This document shows, in pieces, positions 49,801-58,800 of a DNA stretch of 64,000 nt. Under the pieces are notes generated by a model. It was not told where the DNA came from. It searched no databases and worked only from the letters and a program-made list of their open reading frames with translations. The stretch spans positions 72,613 to 136,612 of the forward strand of contig NMRA01000781.1 of the NCBI GenBank assembly GCA_002633005.1. The letters run 5' to 3'. A program made the position numbers and the translations under genes. Positions within the stretch are counted from its first letter, which is position 1. Every line of letters starts with the position of its first letter. This DNA comes from Phoronis australis (Eukaryota > Animalia > Phoronida).

Positions 49801-52800
49801 TCAGTGTTAAGTGATGGTAAATGGGTGGATTAGTTCTCTTAAAGGTATTTGATTCTATTTCACTGAAGCTGTGAAAGATGGATATTTCAACATAAAACAA
49901 TTTAACATTGAGTGAGGAATGCCGCTAAATGCTGTTCCTTGACACACTTTAGTTGTTAAAACTTGAGTTTCTAAAGTTGACCATTTGATGTGGGTATACA
50001 GTTGATTTATGGTCTCACAGGAACTGAGAATTGAGACTAAACTTGATACCTAAAGCACGCTAGATAATGACATTTTTGTGCCAAAAGTCATGTGGTTGTC
50101 CACATGAGCAATAGGCATTCGGTCTAATTAAACACTGCTCTTGGGGCTTTGTTTCACTAATCTGCTTATTGGGTAATCTACCTACGATTACAATTCAACT
50201 CGCATAACCAAAACGTCTTAATAGAATATCTGGTTGTAAAACGTAAAGTATCATGAAATTTAATCGCTGCATTTTGTTACACCGGAGAACACCCTACTCA
50301 TTTGAAGGGACATTGTTGTACACCGGAGAACACACGACTCATTTGAAGGGACATTATTGCAAAACAGTCGAAAGTTTGGGGATTAGTGTCGAATGGGAGA
50401 CTTCTTCAAGTTATTAGCTTTGACGAGAGCTATAAAACAACTAAATTTGTTGTACTTTTGTGATTTTATTACAAATGGACAATTCTCACTGTTTGTTTGC
50501 CAGATATTCGCTGAAATCAAGATCGGTGTCTTTACCATACCTTTAAAATACTCTGTTATTGAACGCATGGGATGTGGCTCAGCGACAGAGCGTCCAAGTG
50601 CTAAGTGCGGAATTTGTGGGTTTGATTCCACGCTACTGCTAATTTTCCTGTCAGTTTCTTCTACTTATTCGTCTTTGATAATAATTGATTGGTTCTGGTG
50701 ACGAATACCCCCAGACATTTGACAAACACTAATAAGCACCTTTTTTGCATCAATGTTCTTCCAAGTTTCAGAAACAGTCAGCCCTCAAAGCTGAGTGTTG
50801 TGTGAGATTGGTTGTCATGTCTTGTGTTGGTAACTTCCAGATTAACTCTTTATTTTGACTATTTTTTATCATTCTCCTTTTCCTTTGGTCACATTTCATG
50901 CAGTCCTATTTTGACTTCATTTCAATGCAGGGTGGTTTGATTGTTTGATGTTATCACGTGTTAAACTAAGTCACCATTGTCTGTAGGACAAGTACATGCT
51001 CTAGAGTATAGGAAATACGTGGGTTAAAGTTTGTGCATGATTTTCTGTTACTACAATTACATACAGTTGTGAACTATGGTAACAAACACATGTCACAACA
51101 AGGCTTTAGAATTTATTTTCATTCATGCTGCGTTGCTTTAAATGAGATTTGCATTTAATTCGTCCTGGACGCTAATTGGTTGTATTATTCAATAAGTTAT
51201 CTGGCTCTCTTTCACAGTCCTACAGCTGCATGTTATTTGGTGTTGGAGAACTTGGTTCAACCTGAGATATTGGTCCTAGGTTCAACTCAGTATTATAAAT
51301 CTTCATTACATGCTAGCTGCAAACTAAATAAAATTCAAATTAACATAATATTATCTGATAAACACGATCCATGTGGTTTCAGAATCAGATTGTTACTTGA
51401 TATTGTTGACTTAATGCGTGTGATTTAGTAATATCAGGCAGAGATAACCAGGACTGCTTATCTCTTCCTGGTAATATGCAATCAACGGTAAAATATTACC
51501 AATTTTGGACATAGGTAATTGCTAAAATTGACCTTATTAAAATTTTCAAGCTTTCTAACTGCGTTTTGAATAGCCACAGTTTAACGTCTGCTGCCACAGT
51601 TTAATGTCTGCTAGCTACTGCATTTATTTGTTGCTACGTATATTTTATGAGAAAAATGAAAAATAAAATTTCACTCGTCCATCATGTTGAGTCGTAAACT
51701 GGTGAGATTTTACTGGATATGATTGTAGAATTTGTAGGATGCTAATTACACTACATGTCTAAATGTCTCCATCAATTGTGGCGTCTTTGTACACATGCAT
51801 GCTTGTATGTTGCACTTGCCTGCATTGTGAGAGCATTGTGTAATTCTAACCTCATACCTAGCATTTTTACCTAAAATTTCCTTATTTGATACCAAAAAGG
51901 AAAAATTAGTTCAGGAAAAGTCCTGAATGTTGGGACACAGTACCAGTATTTAAAATTTGTGGTCACATCCATGGTTTTGAAACAACTTACAATTTTGTGA
52001 ACTGGAAAGTGGCTTTTGAAATATATTAATGTGTTTGCATACATACAACAAAAATGTCTTGCGGTTAGTTGAAGTAAAAAATTTCATGTTTTTGACAATA
52101 TTTCAATACCCAAATTGAGGGATCTTCCTGATTACTTAATTATAATAATTGTTAAGTGGTGTATATCCTTTTCACCTGTAAAGTTAATGTTTGCAGGCTC
52201 AACTGGCTCCTTACAACTACACCAGTCTATGCCTCCTCTGAACATCACAGAAACGGATGAGTTTGAAGATTTACCTCCAGCCTATGCTGCAGGTGAGCTA
52301 CATACTGACCCTCCCCTCAGTAGTATGTCTATGTTCCGCCCTAATTTTGGTTGTGTAGCTTCACAACAATGCATTCAAGGTTGGTGATACTTTTACTTCA
52401 ATCTGGGTTCAACTTGTTTTTTTCCTCTGTATCCATTAATAGTTGGATTCTTTGCTTTGGCAAAAGTCACCAGTTAAAACTGACGGATGATCCTATTCGC
52501 CATACAGGAACAGATCCAAGATCTAAATCAGTCGATGGAGTCTAATAATGGGCAAATATAAGGGGAGATTCCTGCATTACTACAATGGGCAAATATAAGG
52601 GGAGATTGCTGCATTACTACAATGGGCAAATATAAGGGGAGATTGCTGCATTACTACAATGGGCAAATATAAGGGGAGATTGCTGCATTACTACAATGGG
52701 CAAATATAAGGGGAGATTGCTGCATTACTACAATGTTAGTGACTGAGCAGGCATAGCTTGAATCCCTATACTGCATGGGACCCGCTTGACATGTCATTGC

Positions 52801-55800
52801 TCGTGGCTAACATGTCATTTCCACATCACTAGATATCGTTTAGTGCGAGTGTATATTTTATTAGCTAGAAATGAAAAGTATCACCATGCCTTGCAAGCTT
52901 ACAGTCATTATGACTTTTGATGATAGCATACTGTTAAAAATGTGTCAAGGTACAATGAGATGAGAGGTTGAACCATTGATTACCTGGCTGGTCTATTGAA
53001 GCAAGGCTAGGCCTGATAATGGACATTTTTGTATTGTGTCGAAAGCTTAAAAATACATCATACTACACAAGACATCATTATGTGCTGCTTGGTACTTGCA
53101 CTTGATGTATGTCACTACGTATTTTTTATTTTTTATAAGTTGCCCATTTCTCTATGGTCATGTGATATTGTCATCTTCATGTTAACCTTTGACCCCATTA
53201 GTTGACCAGGCCAGCTGTTTAACCCAATCCAAGAGATCTATGTCGGTGCCATTGAATATGATGTACATTACAGACAGAGGTATCCTCTGCATGACCAGTG
53301 TTCTGTCTCGTGCTCTAGGAATGACTCTCATGTGACAGCACATATCCCCAGTTACGTTTGATATTAACATATTAGTCCAGCCATTGTCTTTAATAGTTAA
53401 CCTTTTTTGGCTTTTTGCTTGTATCTACTCTCATTTTGTATAATAGAACTCACCACATTGTATGCTGCTGATCCTAGGTACTAGCAGTTCAAAACTTGGT
53501 ATCTTGCTGCTGTAGAGATTTCACTAAATGCAAGAGTTTTTTCATGAATAGAATTGAGGTGTACCATATCCTCTTACAACGATGTAAACTTGTGCACCTA
53601 ATGCCTCGTTGACGGCACCCCAAAGTGCTCTGCTTTATGTCTCAATTGCAAATCATGTTCTCACTTAATGTTTTCAAATGTTCANNNNNNNNNNNNNNNN
53701 NNNNNNNNNNNNNNNNNNNNNNNNNNNNNNNNNNNNNNNNNNNNNNNNNNNNNNNNNNNNNNNNNNNNNNNNNNNNNNNNNNNNNNNNNNNNNNNNNNNN
53801 NNNNNNNNNNNNNNNNNNNNNNNNNNNNNNNNNNNNNNNNNNNNNNNNNNNNNNNNNNNNNNNNNNNNNNNNNNNNNNNNNNNNNNNNNNNNNNNNNNNN
53901 NNNNNNNNNNNNNNNNNNNNNNNNNNNNNNNNNNNNNNNNNNNNNNNNNNNNNNNNNNNNNNNNNNNNNNNNNNNNNNNNNNNNNNNNNNNNNNNNNNNN
54001 NNNNNNNNNNNNNNNNNNNNNNNNNNNNNNNNNNNNNNNNNNNNNNNNNNNNNNNNNNNNNNNNNNNNNNNNNNNNNNNNNNNNNNNNNNNNNNNNNNNN
54101 NNNNNNNNNNNNNNNNNNNNNNNNNNNNNNNNNNNNNNNNNNNNNNNNNNNNNNNNNNNNNNNNNNNNNNNNNNNNNNNNNNNNNNNNNNNNNNNNNNNN
54201 NNNNNNNNNNNNNNNNNNNNNNNNNNNNNNNNNNNNNNNNNNNNNNNNNNNNNNNNNNNNNNNNNNNNNNNNNNNNNNNNNNNNAATGGGCAAATATAAG
54301 GGGAGATTCCTGCATTACTACAATGGGCAAATATAAGGGGAGATTGCTGCATTACTACAATGGGCAAATATAAGGGGAGATTGCTGCATTACTACAATGT
54401 TAGTGACTGAGCAGGCATAGCTTGAATCCCTATACTCCATGGGACCCGCTTGACATGTCATTGCTCGTGGCTAACATGTCATTTCCACATCACTAGATAT
54501 CGTTTAGTGCGAGTGTATATTTTATTAGCTAGAAATGAAAAGTATCACCATGCCTTGCAAGCTTACAGTCATTATGACTTTTGATTATAGCATACTGTTA
54601 AAAATGTGTCAAGGTACAATGAGTTTAACAACAATCAAAATTTTGCCAGATAAGAGGTTGAACCATTGATTACCTGGCTGGTCTATTGAAGCAAGGCTAG
54701 GCCTGATAATGGACATTTTTGTATTGTGTCGAAAGCTTAAAAATACATCATACTACACAAGACATCATTATGTGCTGCTTGGTACTTGCACTTGATGTAT
54801 GTCACTACGTATTTTTTATTTTTTATAAGTTGCCCGGAGTTCTCTATGATCATGTGATATTGTCACCTTCATGTTAACCTTTGACCCCATTAGTTGACCA
54901 GGCCAGCTGTTTAACCCAATCCAAAAGATCTATGTCGGTGCCGTTGAATATGATGTACATTACAGACAGAGGTATCCTCTGCATGACCAGTGTTCTGTCT
55001 CGTGCTCTAGGAATGACTCTCATATGACAGCACTTATCCCCAGTTCCGTTTGATATTAACATATTAGTCCAGCCATTTGTCTTTAATAGTTAATCCTTTT
55101 TTGGCTTTTTGCTTGTTGTATCTACTCTCATTTTGCATAATAGAACTCACCACATTGTATGCTGCTGATCCTAGGTACTAGCAGTTCAAAACTTGGTATC
55201 TTGCTGCTGTAGAGATTTCACTAAATGCAAGAGTTTTGTCATGAATAGAATTGAGGTGTACCATATCCTCTTACAACGATGTAAACTTGTGCACCTAATG
55301 CCTCGTTAACGGCACCCCAAAGTGCTCTGCTTTATGTCTCAATTGCAAATCATGTTCTCACTTAATGTTTTCAAATGTTCAGTTTAACAGTCGTTGAGTG
55401 GTCTAAATAATCTGCTAGGAGTCTCAGTATGTCAGTAACCCAGAGCATGTTAACCAACGTCAGTCACTCGAGGGAGTAAGCTTGTAATATCTTGTGTTCC
55501 ACTTGAAATTCACAGAAACGTTTTGTAGCAAGTACACATTCAGGATCTTGCCAAACTTGCAGGAAACCAGCACACTCGCAGATCACCTACAACCAGCACA
55601 CTCGCAGATCACCTACAACCAGCACACTCACAGATCAACTGCAACCAGTACACTCACAGATCAACTACAACCAGTACACTCACAGATCAACTACAACCAG
55701 CACACTCACAGATCACCTACAACCAGCACACTCACAGATCAACTACAACCAGTACACTCACAGATCACCTACAACCAGCACACTCACAGATCACCTACAT

Positions 55801-58800
55801 CATTCTGAGCATGGCTATTGAACTGAACTGTTGAAAAACATTTGATGTTTTGAGTATCATCAGCACTGACGTATGTATCAGCTGTCAGTGTTTGCTCCTT
55901 ACTATCTTATTGTAAAGGAACAAAAGAGGTCCAATTTGAATGTGGTAAGTTCTAGTCAAAACCTAGTTATCGACACTATTTGCGAAGTCATGTCACATGT
56001 TACAATGTGGTAAAAATTCTCCAATTTGAGACTGAAAATTAATTGCTGTGCTCAAGTCCCGAGCTTGTACAAAATTTTAGAAATAGGCAGGGTAGTTTTG
56101 AGTCGCCAACAAATTCTCAAGCCTTTGGATGTTTCTGGGGCTGTGCTCGCGCGACATATCCAAGTAATTTTTCACTCAAATGTTGCTGTACTCCAGCGAT
56201 GCCAAATTTTCATTCAAGTGTATGCACACCACTTCAACCCACACATCAAAAGAGAATGGTGACAGTCCTAAATGAAACAGTGTACCAGCTTGGCTCGATT
56301 AATCGCCTGGGTGTTAGTTTGGCAATGATCATAAGACCCCCTAGTGGTCATAAAGGACCCCACACTTTATGATGATCTCTGGTCCAAATGTTCCCCTGAC
56401 ATGTATTCCCCTTTTCCTGAAGTTTTCCTGGCCTTATGTTCCTTGTGCCCGATGTTACACGCCGATGCCAGATAGGTGCGAAATTGTGGTTAGCGCACAT
56501 TTTTATTGTTCTCTCCATCCAGTCTCTACATCACTTCCAACTCTCCCCGGGCCATACATCCTTGAGACTCAATTGCAGTAAATAAATTTTCTTCTGCTCA
56601 AGCAAGCAGTTGCTTGATGAGCGGACCTCACCTGGCGTGTGTGTGAGGGGGGTCGCTACTGAACTGATTCCTTGAGCTGATCTGAGCAACTGGGAGGGGG
56701 GGGGGTTGCACCCCCTTGGCTACAGGCATGTGTTCTGCCTACTCATTAATTCAGTTTCTGCACATATTTTTGTGCGCATTTGGTGTATAAGCCCATGTGA
56801 GCCAAAATGGTTGTGAAACACTTTCTTTTGCATGATTTTGCTTGCTAATAATTTGTGAACATTTCGGCAATCTTTAGAGAGAATCAGAATTGAGTAAAAT
56901 CAATTTCTGCTTTAAGTTTGATGTCTCAAATTTTCGAAGCTGTCCCAAATTGGAGACTTTTTACCGTAGTGACTGCTGTGTCATGAGATTCATGTAGTGA
57001 CTGGTGTGTCATGAGATTCATGTAGTGACTAGTGTGTCATGAGATTCATGTAGTGACTAGTGTGTCATGAGATTCATGTAGTGACTGGTGTGTCATGAGA
57101 TTCATGTAGTGACTGGCGTGTCATGAGATTCGTGTAGTGACTGGCGTGTCATGAGATTCGTTTAGTGACTGGCATGTCACGAGTTTCATGTAGTGACTGG
57201 TGTGTCATGAGATTCATACAGCTTGCATTTGGTCCACTCTTATTGTTTGAAGGTAGTCTGTGACACATGCAGAGTTACGTAGCACGATGTCGTATCTTAA
57301 CAAACAATGTTTTGTCAATTTATATGACTTTGCACTTGAAAGTTGACATACACTGTGGGTGAATTATTTCTGCCTGCATGAGCACCGTGCACTTCTCTCA
57401 ACAACATGTCTTTTGCAGGTAAAGTAAAATTAATTTCTTTGTGAAGACCACTATTTCAGTCAGTGTCTTTTATATTGTGATCGGCCTGACATCCTAATAC
57501 TTACTGCTACTGTTCTGTTCAGTTCTACACTCCAATAGCCAATCATCATACTCTCCGCTCATACAGAGAAGGCCAAAGAGTGGTAAATGTGTGTTGGGTG
57601 TAGTAATTGCTACTGTGCTAAATTCGACCAAGCTTGGCCAAACTAGTTTGCTCATTTTCAGTCAGTAGTGGTTATAAACCAGCCTTTCATCATAAAAATC
57701 CAACTTTTGATTTAGACCACTTGCCATTATGAAATTGATCTCATGTTATTCCTTAGCCAAAAGTGGTAGAATTTCTAGGCTTGAAAAGAACTAACTGTTC
57801 ACCATTGCTTGTCGCAGTGTCTCATTTGCCAAGCATGGTTTTAAGATATAACCACTTGTTAGTTCTTGGCAATTGCAGAATTCACTTCCCATCTAAGCCA
57901 GAAGTCATATCATGATCTATATGTAATATTGGCTTCACTTAAGATAAAAGTTGAAATCAATTCAAAATACTAATTGTTTTTACATACAATAGTTATCCAC
58001 GCTTGGTCTTATTTGAAACATAACCTATTAGCTTAGAAATCTACACTCTTTCATATTTCTATGACCTAATATCTGTTGCTGTAGGCTGTGTGAACGAGAT
58101 CATTTCTCATAATCTTTTACTATTTATAACACACTTTTAAGTAAACATAACTTTCTTTGGCTATTAATAATATTTACTAATTTTTTCTTGCGATTAGTTT
58201 TATGAAACGTCATGTTTAACACTACAGGTCACAATACAATGCCAGTGTGTCAGAATAAATATTGATTAAGTAATTAGTAAGACTAGATCCATTTTAAGTT
58301 GCCCAAAATTTGAGCATGTACTTTTAAGTCATGAAGTCAAACTTGTTGACAAGAATGTACCGTACTTTAACATCAAAATCTGTTTTTAGATGGTTCTGGG
58401 GTCAAAGCACTCTAGGGTTTCTAGAAATTTCTGAGAACAAGTTGTAACAGCCAATAATATTATTGGATATGATCATGTGGTTTTTATTGGCCAATCACTA
58501 AATAAGTAGATTGTTATAGTATGGGATAAAATCAAGAAGATATTCAGATGCGCTATAGTAGTTGAAGTGTGAAGATGTGCTACAGTGTACAGAGGCAATT
58601 GTACTACAGAGCCATCTCGTGGAAGATTCTAGAGAGGATCTTGGCAAGGGCAAGGGTTAACGAACAGGAAGTTAACTAAGAGCTTGTCACTTGCATCGTG
58701 GGTAGTAAGGTACTACCTGAAGTGTTGCGTCACCAGAAACTGTGACCAGTAAGAAGAATCGCAGGTAGAAGAAATTGTCTGCAAGTGTTGCATCACCAGA

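Noticed and set aside
53625-54373. Long ORFs of 200+ aa
   Set aside because: They consist of N-gap translation.
52546-55381. Segmental duplication as a biological event
   Set aside because: Copies flank a gap and end or start at its edges; most likely uncollapsed haplotypes.
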